From NCBI GenBank assembly GCA_030704615.1, contig CM060734.1, positions 63,488,001-63,552,000 on the forward strand: a stretch of DNA of 64,000 bases. The letters are read 5' to 3'. Of the stretch, positions 34,601-47,116 are shown one piece after another (position 1 is the first letter of the stretch; each line of letters begins with the position of its first letter). The position numbers and the translations under genes were made by a program. Source of the stretch: Takakia lepidozioides (taxonomy: Eukaryota; Plantae; Bryophyta). The notes beneath the pieces are model-generated. The model did no database searches. It had not been told where the DNA came from and saw nothing but the letters and a program-made list of their open reading frames with translations.

Positions 34601-37126
34601 TCATATGTATGCTAGTGCGTCTCCTAAGTGAGGCCCAAGTGCGATCTCTAGAGTAGCTTGTGTCGTTGGCACAAGTGTCCACTGTCATCTAAGTCATCTA
34701 AGTCTAATGATTTAGCCATATCTAATCATTTTTTTTTCCCACATAGCCTATGACCAGATTTGAACCGGAGACCTCTCCCTTGTTGTCTCTTCCGCGATGG
34801 CCAACCATCCGTTGAGCCATTGAATGAATTTTGATTGATCTGATATTAGTCCGTGACCTGTGCGAGGGTGTCTCAAACGTACTGGCAAAGTTTGGAAGCA
34901 AACAAAAATGATTTGGATGGGCAACCATCCGCTCACCCGTTGAATGTATTCCGCTGGATCTGCTATTGCTTTGGGACCTGTTGGACTGTGTTTCGCGTGC
35001 TCACGATTTTTTTTTTTCATTCGGTTTTTTAATGGGGCGTGTAATGTAGCCATATGCAACGTGCGTGCCAAATTTGGGAGCAAACATAATTCATTTGGAC
35101 CCAAAACCACAATTTCTTCCCTGTTTTGCACTCCAAACTTGATTTGTGTTCAACTTCATGCACTCTTCATAGAGAGTTCTGCAATAGTGAGCGAAGAGAA
35201 CACTTTTTTTTTGGGGCATTTTTTATTGGTCCAAATTTTGGTGGGGGAGTAGTGGTGGGATGCTGGAAGCCGCAGAACAAAATTGAGCCAAAAACAAAAT
35301 CGATACGTGCCAGAAACCCCCGATGAAAGGCAGTGCAAACCTTGGACCTGCGGTGTGGGAGATGTGGAATTTCAACTTTGGGTCGCTGGAAATTCCCGAA
35401 AAATAGCAAAGTGGGAATTCCTTGGACAATGGTTGGAGCCTTGAGAGGAGAGATATCAAGGGAAAGGTCACCGGTTCAAATCTGGTCGTAGGCTCTATGG
35501 AAAAAAAATGCATTTGGACTTAGATGACATTGGACCTTTGGGCCAACGGCAGAGGCTACCCTAGAGGTAGCACTTGGGCCTGGACATAGGAGACACACTT
35601 GCACACATAGGAGATTGCACTTGGGCTTAGATGACACTTGACACTTGGGCCAACGGCACAGGCTACCCTAGTCAATATATGAAGCGAGATTTTTGTTTTG
35701 TTTTGTTTTGTAGCGTCGTTGAGATCTCCTAACCCGCGGGGCCTAGCTCCGGTGCTTGGTGCCGTTGGAAAGCCCTCGACGAGGAGGGGTACACCGGCTT
35801 GGTCTCATGATTTTTGGACACCCGGTGTGGGAGATGTGGAATTTCAAGTACTTTGGGTAGCTGGAAATTCACGAAAAATAACAAAAATAGCAAAGTGGGT
35901 ATTCCTGGGATAATGCTGACAGGAGACATATCAAGGGTTCAAATCTGGTCGTAGGCTCTGTGGAAAATTGATTAAATATGGCTTGCTTCATATATTGATG
36001 CACTTGGACTTAGATGATATTGGACACTTCCTAGATATGGGAGACGTACTTAGATACTTAGGAGATTGCACTTGCGTTAAGATTATCCACTAGACACTTG
36101 GGCCTCTACATGGGAGATGCACTTGGATACATGAATAGAAGATTGCACTTGGGCTTAGATGAGCCTCGACATAGGAGACGCACTTGGATACATAGGAAAT
36201 TGCACTTGGTCTTAGATTTCAATTCGTCACACATGGGCCGACGGTATAGGCTACACTAGAGGTCGCACTTGGGCCTCGACATAGGAGAGGCAATGGCATA
36301 CATAGAAGATCTTACACTTGGGCTAAGAGGACACTTGACACTTGGGCCAATGGCACATGCTACCCTAGAGGTTGTATTTAGGCCTCGACATAGGAGACGC
36401 ACTTGGATACATAGGGGATTGCATTTGGACTTAGATGATGACACTAGACATTTGGGCCAACGGCACAAGCTACCCAAGAGGTCGCATTTGGGCCTCGACA
36501 TAGGAGACGCACTTGGATACATAGGGGATTGCACTTGGACTTAGATGATGACACTGGAGACTTGGGCCAACGTCACAGGCTACCCTAGTCAATATATGAA
36601 GCAAGATGTTTGTTTTGTTTTGTTTTGTTTTGTAGCGTCGTTAAGATCTCCCAAACCGCGGGCCCCAACCCCGGTGCTTGGTGCCGTTGGAAAGCCCTCG
36701 ATGAGGAGGGGTGCACGGGCTTGGTCTCATGATTTTTGGACAAGCGGTGAGGGAGATGTGGAATTCCAAGTACTTTTGGTCGTTGGAAATTCACAAAAAA
36801 TAGCAAAAATGGCAAAGTGGGCATTCCTGGGACAATGGTTGGAGCCTCGAGGGGAGAGATATCAAGGGAAAAGTCTCCGGTTCAAATCTGGCTGTAGGCT
36901 CTATGGAAAAAAACTTACTTTGATGCCATTGGGCTGTTGGAAATTCAGGAAAAATAGCAAAGTGGGCATTCCTGGGAGAATGGTTGGACTCATGAGACCA
37001 AGCCCGTGCACCCCTTCTCGTTTAGGGTTTTCCAACAGTACCAAGCACCAAGGTTGGGGCCTCGCGGTTGGGGACATCTCAAATCTACAAAACAAAATAA
37101 AACAAACGTCTCGATTCATATATTGA
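31624..37126. repeat. Complex inverted (foldback) repeat array: forward arm ~31624-34790, unique spacer ~34790-35337, reverse arm ~35338-36985, short forward unit to 37126
   Basis: ~480-bp units with (CAAAA)n tracts, nested ~20-bp CCAAGTG submotifs and a 315-bp higher-order duplication (33221 vs 33536). The right arm is the reverse complement of the left-arm units. Confidence 0.9.
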
Positions 37127-39338
37127 TTCTCAGAAGGACTTTGAATTTTCTTGAAGTAGCAAATTACAAATATTTTGGAGGTTATCCGGCAACATGCATG
37201 ACCATATATTTCTCATGTATTTGCAAAAAAAAGAAAGTATGACGCCTCTCGAAGGGAGCGTAACTTATGGTACTGCCTTCAAGTTGAAAGGTGAAAGGTG
37301 GACACCTTGTATTTGCATAACATTGTTGGACGGTATCTGAAACTGAGACGGGGCCCACAACCATGTATTTCTCATGTATTTCCATACATGTATGACTGAC
37401 TATGCATGAAGATGGGCATCCACTGAACTTCTTCAGGTGTGACACATAAATCTTTTGAAGTAGCAAAATAATACTTCAGGTGCTTAGCTTCAGGAATTCA
37501 ATCGTGCAATGTACAAGAGAGACTGCTCGTACCAATGAGCTACCCACCTCCAGAGAGCAACCTTTGAATTTTGTGCTACTTATACCCAAAAATGGACTTA
37601 ACCCGTAAGTGCCCAGACTCATTTTCACCCTCCCCTGGAAAAACATGCCCCACCTCCTTCCACAAAATGTTTCATCAAATTCCAACAGCCAGATCGGAAG
37701 ATTATAAAGTGTAGAGTGGAGACCAAAAAAAACCTTCACTAAGAAATAGGTGCCCAAAAAAACAGTTTTTTGCTTGTATTTGGGCAGTTTTAGTTTCTCT
37801 TTTTATGAGAGTCTCAAGAATGTTGTACCATACCTGATAACACACATCCTCAGAAATTTTCTCAAGTGGGCTCCTTTGTACAAATTGGGGGGTCAAAATA
37901 TGCCATTTTCTTTGGGCATGCCAAAATCTCTCTTCCTATAATTATACAACCAAATTCAGCCGTTCAATTCCTAATCCCTCCGGTTGAAGTGTCATGAGCA
38001 TCCATATGAGGTCCCCAAAAAACTTTGGATCCAATCAGTCAACGTCATCGCATCTTTAGGTTCCCTGCCCAAGGCTTCAACTTGAACACCTAGGTTATAG
38101 CCTGCAGGCCTAGGATATTTGGAGCCATAGCCCAGAAGGCCACGGGGTTTGGGAGCTCCTGGGGCTACCCGGCCCTGCTTTCATGGGGGCCCACTCCACC
38201 CTCAACCCTATCAAACCCCCGCCCTAGGTTTGACCCACACCTCATTGGAGTTTTCTCGACCCGCGAGCTCTGCCGCCATCGCGGCTGCACTCCCTCCAGC
38301 CCGGCCTGCGTGGTGTTGGTCGGAGCTGCCATCGCCGTCGATTCAGGCTAGGGCCCAGGCCTGGGAATGCCCAGACCTGTAGGGCCATCATTTCACCCTC
38401 AAGGGGTTTGGGGAAATGTGCCGCTTCATGGGGTATCCTATGTTCACCCTAACCTGACCGTGGTTGCCACGTCTGCAACCTGGGCAGGCTAGGGGGCCCA
38501 AATCCCCTCCAAAAAGCTGCGTGTGCCCCACTTGGCGGGCTCCATCTGGCAACCCTTTGAGGCATTGGCCAATGCCATTTGAAGGAAAAAGTTTTTATCT
38601 TTCAAATGAGCCCTTGTGAGGGCTAATCAGGCTTAACCAGAGGGAGTAATGGTAAACCTGACCGACCCAAAATGGGTCGATATACCACTTAAGGGAGGTG
38701 TGGCCCACCAATACATGGGTCGTCGCGGTGACCGCGCGGATGTGAGGCGCGGGGAGCAGCTGCGGGTGGGCGGCGGGCCACGTAGGCGTACCGGGGGCCT
38801 TTTCTATTACTTGGTTGTACAGCCTGGCGGGGGTGATTACAAAAATGTAACCGTCCTACACGTGTCGAGTTTATGTGGCGGTGCTTCAGGGACGGTAAGG
38901 CCCTTGCCCAAGGGATGTGATCAGATATAAGGTTGCAGAAAGTCCCATAAAACTGATGTTTGACTGCGCACAGCTAGTCAATACTATGTCACTGGGTGCA
39001 CAGCTCAGCAGGCAGCCATTGTTGGGTGGCTGCCAGGGGAGGCCTGCAACTCTTCAATCCTCACCAACAACCCGGGAGGGGCGTCAAATAACAAACCAAA
39101 AATCTGAACGCTGCTTTACGTCGGTAGGGCAGGGAAGTTATTATTTATATTGGGAAAGCGACATGGCAGCGTGCAATGTTCTAGCCAGGATTTGAGCCCT
39201 GGATCACTTCTATGTAAGCATGGTTGGGTTGTGGGTCCGCAATCATTGCGGATCGCTAGTTACTAACTAACTAACTAACTCACTCACTATTTCTGCTCCA
39301 TATTTTGTACGCGAGTCAAATAATAAAGTGAACAAAAA

Positions 39339-39560
39339 TAGCCAAAGTATCGGCAGCTGTGTCGCCCTGGTGGTTCGGGGTTCAAACCCGTTGCCCTGCC
39401 CCGTGTGTGGGATTGTGTATGTCTGCGTTGATCGTCCTGTAGGTCTCATGGCCCATAAATGAAAGGGGGTTAATTTTTCCCCCTCCTCAAGGGCATGAAT
39501 GGTGGGCTGTCGCTCCCAGGTTTCCTTAAAAACAAAATAAAAATAAAAATAAAATAAAAT
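39339..39560 (+). mobile_element. tRNA-derived SINE-like element
   Basis: A-box-like TAGCCAAAGTATCGG, B-box GGTTCAAACCC, a body, and an A-rich (AAAAT)n tail. No clear TSD. Confidence 0.55.
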
Positions 39561-39716
39561 TATGAGGGACAGTCCAGACTTGGGACACATTCAGATGGTG
39601 TCACGTCTATGTATCTGTCACTTAGAGCATCCCCACCCTTCTCACTGAAATGGCCCCCTCTATTAGCTATTGTGAAGGGGTTGGTCCACGACTCTCGCAA
39701 GGTGTGTGAAGGGGTC

Positions 39717-39878
39717 GGCTGCCCGTAGCCACACCCTTGCCCCTCGATACACTCTATCCTCTGTTCTGGCTGCCCGTAGCCACACCCTTGCCCCTCGATA
39801 CACCACTCTATCCTCTGTTCTGGCTGCCCGTAGCCACACCCTTGCCCCTCGATACACCCCTCTATCCTCTGTTCTGGC
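39717..39878. repeat. Tandem repeat, ~3 copies of a 51-54 bp unit
   Basis: GGCTGCCCGTAGCCACACCCTTGCCCCTCGATACAC..TCTATCCTCTGTTCT is repeated three times. Confidence 0.9.
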
Positions 39879-39899
39879 CTCGCTGGAGTTTCCAGCAAT

Positions 39900-42240
39900 G
39901 TTCTCATATCACGTTTGGGACACCTGGTTTCACTGCCTACTTACACACAACAGCTGGATTGGAAGCGAGAGGCTGGGAGATCCCTGGTAGGGACGACTTG
40001 GTTGAGGGACGAGTTAATATCGTGCACGGATTCAGTGAAAGAGAGGCGGTTCAATGTCCGCCCGTAATGGCGTATACAGTAGCGGGGTAGGGGGGCAAGG
40101 GTGTGATACATTTGGAGGCAAATCTGAACCTGTATATGAGGAGTGCGGGTGCAGGGGTCCATAGAGGCATAGAGTGGGGATGCTCTTAGTTAGCAGCCAA
40201 GCATATCCCAGTGTAACTTGTCTTTGAAGGAGCAAGTGAAGAGCACAGGAAAGAACGTGAAGGTGCCCCCCGGGGCCAGGGGGGAAGAGATAGAGAGATG
40301 AGGCTCATTACGCCAGAGTCCGCTCCAAACGCGAAAATGGGGTTGAAGTAGATAAAAATGGTAGGAAATCGATTGGTTAGTTGACAAGCTTGCCACGTTG
40401 GTGATCCAGTGGATGTCCACGAGGACAGTGTCACTGGAAAGTGGCCACGTCAGTTTTGCCGCTGATTGGGGGAAGTGGGGCCGAGCGTAGAGAGTCGACG
40501 ATTGTGGGCCATGTGACAGAGCATCCCAGCGAGTGATGCGGATGATGCTCAGCGCGGTCAATCTAGATTAATCTAGATTCCATAGTGGCGGGAAATGTTT
40601 GCAGCGCAGGGTCAATGGCAATGGCGATGGGACTGGACTGGATGATCGACGCTTGATGCAGGAGGGTGTGGTGATGAGGGGGAGCATGCCTGGCCTGCGT
40701 TCCGCTTGACTAACTTAGAAATGCATGGTTGCATGCGGTGTGGTGGAGTGCTTCATGTACGCCAAAGTAGCAAGCACAAGTCAGCAAGTGCAAGAGGAGA
40801 TTGTCGCACTTGCGAGTACGTGTGTATCGCATCAATGGATGCAATAATATGTTTGATTTGAACTAGTGCACAAAGCTCCAAGGCTCAAAAACAGTAAACA
40901 ATCAAGTGTGGGTGGGGTTGACTGCAAGCATCCAATCTCAGTAACAGCGCCGGGCAATGTGTTGGCCAGGATTTGAACATCCCGGGAAGGGTTGGTTTGA
41001 CTGGAGAGAAGGAGTTGCGCGAATTGCTGTCGGTGGCCAGCAGCGCATGCTGCCCCAAGCCTACTTCTGCAAACAAGAAAAACGGGAAATGATGGTGTGA
41101 GTGAGGAGTGTGGCATGTAAGTAGGATGGCGCCCACAAGCAATGATGAGCGCAGGAGCGGGTGGGTGGTGTACAGTGGAGCTTGCTCATAGGATCTGACA
41201 AGGCAAGGGCATATTAACCGTTAGAAAGGGCAGTGGGGGAGTGCACTTGTAAATCGGGCTACCGTGTCTTTCTCCCACACACTTGCAAGGGAGTGGGTTG
41301 TGAATGGTGCCCCGCTCCCACACTGGGGGGTTGCCACTCCCGTGTGTAAAAAGTCATGGGACAGTTGGGCGAGCGCGTGTGTCAGAAGAGCCCAATTTTG
41401 GAGATGGGCAAGAGGAGGCGTAAAGGCCAGGTGAGCGCCGCCCAGCGGCTCGGCCTTGTGCAACGCTTTAAGTTACTCCGGATGCTCACTCTGCTCTTGC
41501 ACTTATCGTCGGCCATGCAACCAGACAAACGCATGAAGCGGGTTGCGGCGGATAGTGCCATGTGTGTTGCCATGTCCTATACTCACTGCCGTGGCCACAA
41601 CGCTTGACTGGTGCATCCAACCAACAGCAAGTGCCTCTGTCCACTACTTACAAGAAAGCACAGGGTGAAAGTTGAAGACAGTGGTTGGCAAGCAACGATG
41701 CCCGGCCTCTCCGCAATAGCCACCTAAATTTTAATGTTGGTTTCTTTGATTCTGTAGCTTGCTTCACACCACTCTCACCCCTCTATCTCCACAGACACCT
41801 GGACCCCATTATAATAACCTAATTGTTGCAACAGCATCAGATGAAATAAGGACCCAAAACCTTTTAATAAATTCCAGGGCCTCCCTCCCCTGTTCTCTTA
41901 GGAAAAAAAGAAAACAAAAGGGGGACCCAAAACATCCCCACTGTCAATGATGCCAGGATGCTGTCACGGTCATAGTATAAATGCCCATTTGTGACAAGCG
42001 ACAGGGGAGTGGTAGGAAATTGATGTTCCAAGTGCGCATGTGCAGTCTCTATGTCAGCACATGGAATTGATGCAACACGCACCGTGCCATCAATTCCATC
42101 CACTTCATTGAAATTCTCCCTGAGAATTCATTGGACGGTCAAGTTGTCTATGACAACCCAAAAGACGTTCTTAAAACACTCAGCAAAGTTTGCAGATTTT
42201 GGAATGATTCTGACAAGTAGATTCGTTAGTGTACTAGTGA
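39900..42240 (-). mobile_element. Possible highly degenerate L1-type LINE
   Basis: An endonuclease-like '*ILRENFNEV' (cf. W..GDFN) near 42130 and broken ORF2-like frames downstream. Weak evidence. Confidence 0.25.
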
Positions 42241-43254
42241 GATTTGTGATGAGATGGATGGTGGTCGTCCAATACGTTCAGTTAAAGAGTTAAAGAGCGT
42301 GACTAGCGCGCCTGTCTTTACCGATAAATATGTGTGTGCTATCCAAGGTAGGTTTGGTGACATCGGAATTGAATTTTGATTTGATGGGATAGAGAGGGTC
42401 AGAAATAGAGCAGTCAAAAATAGAGAGAGACACAGCGAAGGACGCGACGCATAAGACGGGGCGACTGCACGGCAATGAAGGCGAATGATGAGCAGCAGCA
42501 TGGCGGGTAGCGCTGACCTAGGGAATGCCATCTCCTCCCTCGTGCACCCCTGCGCTCTCAGTCGGCGGCGCCATCCTTCCCCTCCACACCCACGCTTATT
42601 CGTCTCCCTCATCGCTCCCGGTACGAATCTTTCCTGCCTTACCTGTCAATGGCTCTTCCTGTCCATGCGTATCCTTCTCTGCCGTGCTTTTCTGCAATTC
42701 GTAAACTGTACAGAAGACCATGCTGCACTCCCGCAAACTCGTGGCAGCTGGGTTTTCATGCGATGCTTTCGAACCAGCATGACCATCTGATAGTCCAATG
42801 GTTGTCAGTGTTTTGCAAAGAGAAACTGAAGATTTGAACAATTTGGAATATACGCATCCTGTCTTAGATCGGCCGGTTTGGTCGAGATTTCTTCTTAGAA
42901 AGGCTCAGCCTTGTGAAAATGTGCACCCTGAATCACGTTTGGGTCTGAAGAGAGTAGCGAACCATCAGCTTGAGCTTGTGCTGCGCACGTACTCAGTCTT
43001 TCTTTGTTGCGCTAATTCCTAATAGAGATTATAGCAAGGGCGTTCTTTCAATTTTCTTGTGCATCCGTCCAATCCCTTGTATCTCCGGACACCTATATGT
43101 AGTTGCGCGGTTTTAATTGAGCTTGATCCCTCGCCAATTATCGGACATGCAGGTGGCATAGGGCTGCTGCTCTCGTGCATTGTATCATGTGAATGTAACT
43201 ACTCAGGAAGGAGGAACAGCTTTATTAATCAAACCAAAATCGGACGAGCGGGAG

Positions 43255-44410
43255 ATGACAGGATCTGGCGGCACGAACACGGCATGTGCCGCCTGCAAGT
43301 ATCAGCGACGCAAGTGCTCAGCCGATTGTCCATTGTCGCCCTACTTTCCTCCCGATCAACCCAAACGTTTTCAGAATGTGCACAAGCTGTTCGGTGTGAG
43401 CAACATCCTGCGCATTCTGAAACATGTTGATCCCAGTAAACGCGAAGATACCGTGAAGTCTATCGCTTACGAAGCTGATACTCGGGAGAAAGACCCAGTT
43501 CATGGCTGCCTGGGCGTAATCACATTGCTACAAAACCAAGTAGCCAAACTGAGGGAGGAGCTTGATATCGCACGTGAGCAGCTGTTTATGCTGGAGCAGC
43601 AACATAACTTCAGTCAGCAGCTGCAACATGCAGCTGCCTCGTTAGCAGCCGCCACAGGTGTGGTGCATGCTGGCTCTGCTCATGGCGGGGTTCTCATGCA
43701 GCAAATGCAACAGTATGGTGGCCTAGGTGGAAGCGCGCTTTCCAATTCGAACTTTGATGATCAGTATTTAAGGCATGTCGATAGCTTCGATCAGCCTAAA
43801 CAAGCAGATTCAACATCATATGATATGGCCAGGTGAGAAATCGCTCTCTTCCTCTCACATAGTACAGCACATAATACAGATGTGGAACACAGGAGCCTGA
43901 TAGACTGAATTCTCCTCCAGGAAGTGTCGAACAGCTAAATCATGTGCAAGTGAAACTTGCTATCATGGAGCTTTCTCATATATAGAACGTCTGGACAGAA
44001 GTCTCGGACGAGTCGTATACGTAAATGTCTACGAATGGGTTTGTTGTTCAAAAGCAGATATCTAAAATTCCAAGTGGGAGCCTCGAAGCAGGTACGTTGG
44101 AGGAGAACCGTCTGGACTGGCAGGGCAGGTGAAAGTGGAGCAGGCAGAGCAACTACGAAGAGCAGTGATACAGTTCGGAGCGGACTCTGCATTTGTCGAC
44201 AGTACAACGAGCCATCACCAAATCCAACGTGAAGCCATGGAGCAAGAGCATGTCATGGCCATGCGCAGACCAGGGAACAACCTGCTCAACCTTACCGTGG
44301 CATCAGATAGTGACTTAAGGAGAGCCAGCATCTTAAGTGGCCAACCTATACAAGACGGTCATGAGTTAAGGAGAGCAGGGGTTTACCTTACCTTGACGAA
44401 CCAGCATTGA
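43255..44410 (+). CDS. LOB-domain (LBD/AS2) transcription factor, class I, LBD22/27-like (~298 aa); exons 43255-43832 and 44092-44410
   Basis: CAACKYQRRKC..C zinc motif, FQNVHKLFGVSN, DPVHGC and a leucine zipper. AG|GTGAG donor and GAAGCAG| acceptor restore a frame ending HELRRAGVYLTLTNQH*, which resembles the LBD27-type C-terminal motif. An upstream coding exon cannot be excluded. Confidence 0.9.
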
Positions 44411-46092
44411 GAACTTCATTCCACATTGGGAGCATTTAGAGCAGCTACAGTGTGTTCTAAGTTCTTTCATGCTGCTGCATAATTATTTATGAAACCGTTG
44501 AGCTGGTGGACAGGCCAGGGAGCTAGTTTGGAGATAAGCTCGACCTCGATCTACCTCAGACGTTCCGGAAGCTTTGCACATCCACCCTGTGCAATTTTGA
44601 ATTGCACTCGCCTACGCCCTGAAGGATTGCTCGATCTCTATCTCTAGAACATTTCTCTAGCTCGTTATGGTTATTTTCTTGCCCACAACTTATAGATATT
44701 TCTTTTCCAGGGCATGAAAAACAGAAGATGGAGTTTCATCATTCCTAGGCTTAGCTAGCGTGAGTTTTCATTGCTGGCCAGGGTTCCACACACGAGCAGG
44801 GGCAGTCTGCACTTTCAAGAAGAGCCTGTAATTGAAGCAGCGACTAGTTGGAGTTCACAGTTTCGAGAAAATTTTCAGGCTCTTCAGTGAAGATAACTTC
44901 TTGATACATCCAACTACGCGGGGATCAACCCTTTATAGAATTCTATTCATTTGAAAGACACAGATTAGTGTAGGGAGAACTCCAATTGTGTTAAATGTCC
45001 TCTTGATCACTGCCGTGGAGGCTAGTGACTGGTAATCTTGCAGTGTTTTTAAGCAGTTCTAACGTGGAGCTGAACCACTTGTGCATGTTCAGGTTCAAAT
45101 GTATGATACATGTCCACATAGTCCAGGAAGTGAATGGTCGTTTCCTCTGGACTTTTGGACAAATTGAACTAGAATTTGGAGTCCTGTTCAAATTTAAGCA
45201 TTAAAACATGGAATGTCCAAGATGTTAGATAGTTTCCGCATGCTTACAATCGGAATTCCCAGTAGTGAAGTAGTCAAAGCTATAGTGCTCAGAGTGTTGC
45301 ATGGCGGTATAGTTGTGGTCAATCAAAGATGAAACGTACCAGACTCGTATTGGATTACCAAACAACTGATAGCGCGAGGACCTCTCTTTTAACGGGATTG
45401 CAAGATCGGCTCTACGGCCGCCTGAAGTCTCAGTCATGATATCGAGATAGTTGACTATGATCCACTAATTAATCTGGTGCTCTTGATCTGTGATCATGAA
45501 TGATAAGCTTTGTACTGGAGAGAGAAAGTGCCCCATTTTCCTGAATTGCTTACACGTTTTCTGTGATATGTCACATGGCTGGCTCTTCTTCCGTGTGGCT
45601 TTGTGCCCTTACATTCTTGAACGATCTCTGAGCCCGCCCTGAGTGTATACAGCTGATGGCGTTTGTGTGATTTAATTGGACTGCTACAACATAGCTCCTC
45701 AAAGCTTCACTCCGCATTCAAAGCTTGCTCCCCAACGTCGGCAGGACCATAGCGGGCAAGTGACACAACCAAGACGGGGACCTAGGCCTCCGTCACGCCG
45801 TTCTGTCAAAAAGCCTCGCATGCATCGCCGACTGTCGGTCGCTAGCTGGACGCTGGTTCCGCTGGAGCGTGGGTTCAAAACCACATGTGCTCGGTTGCAC
45901 AAATGTTGCTTGCAGTTGTGCATACACAAAATTTACGAATGCGACGACATCCATCCTGTTGTGTGGATGAATATGTTGCTGATGTGGATGACACTGTGTA
46001 ATTTCCCGCACCCTAACCCTAAATCGGGAGTGGATTCCAGACAATAGAGACGGGGCCAGAGGTAGCAAAGACGAGGTGTGCGAGAGGGAGAG

Positions 46093-47082
46093 ATGGCCAC
46101 GGCCAAGAGGAAGAAGGCGGCACAAGATGCGCGAGTGGGGGTACCTCCCAAACGGGCAGTTTCTTCTTCCACCATACAAGCACCGCTTGAGCTTACAGAT
46201 ACCCTCAACACAGAGGCAAACAGTGAATCCACCTCATGCCTTCACGAGGTCTCGTATCCGGAGGGCTACCAGATTCCTGAGAGGTCAAGTCCCCTTACTT
46301 CCTCGAAGCCCGCTAAGGAGTATCCCTTCATCCTTGATCCTTTTCAGCGCGAGGCGATTCTGTGCTTGGAGGCAGGCGAGTCTGTTCTGGTAAGTTGCTG
46401 CTAGAAATGTCTTTATTTGGAATGCTACAAATGCCGGTGGTATGGGGCGGTGCATCTGCTCAACAATGCACCTGTTCCGTGGAAATAGCTTGCTTATTCG
46501 TAAGGAACCCTAAACTTCTCCTCTCTCAAAACACTGGGAGTTGTAACTCGACCTTTTTGTGGCTGACAGCAGAGAAACTTGAGTTCATACTTCTAGCGAG
46601 TCTATGAGATTTCTCTATTTTCTGCGCACGGATTTCACTGTTTTCTATCACACAGTAAACCCTAGAATCTGACCTTCTGATTTTAATATGCATAGGTCGT
46701 TTACAAGGAGTAAGTCTGCTGAAAGCTACTATCTCCAGGATACGATTTCTACTCGAGGACTTCTAACTCCTTGCTGCAACATTTAGTTTATGGAAGGCAA
46801 AGGGTCGGAATCGGTACAGGGGTGGATGATTTTGACTGGTGGGTGCAGGTGTCAGCTCATACCTCAGCAGGGAAAACAGTGGTGGCCGAGTATGCAATTG
46901 CCATGTCCCTTCGTGACAAACAGCGGGTGGTGTATACATCCCCCATCAAAGCTCTCAGTAACCAAAAGTTCCGTGAAATGTCTGAGGAGTTCTCTGATGT
47001 GGGCCTTATGACAGGGGATGTTACCATTTCACCAAATGCGTCCTGTCTGGTATGTTTAGCATCATTGAGTAAGAATGCATCT

Positions 47083-47116
<34 letters not shown>

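Noticed and set aside
31521-37242. Many short ORFs, and a superficially CRISPR-like regularity, in the repeat array
   Set aside because: The ORFs are translations of non-coding repeats. There are no unique spacers and no cas genes, and the context is eukaryotic.
38690-38812. GC-rich stretch as a Helitron 3' end
   Set aside because: Hairpins are present but end in CTAT rather than CTRR, and no matching 5' end was identified.
39560-39907. ORF with PEQRIEGCIEGQGCGYGQ repeats
   Set aside because: Explained by a tandem repeat with a unit length divisible by 3; no gene structure or homology recognised.
46010-46024. CCCTAACCCTAAA as interstitial telomere
   Set aside because: Only two units; at best a telo-box-like promoter motif of MTR4.
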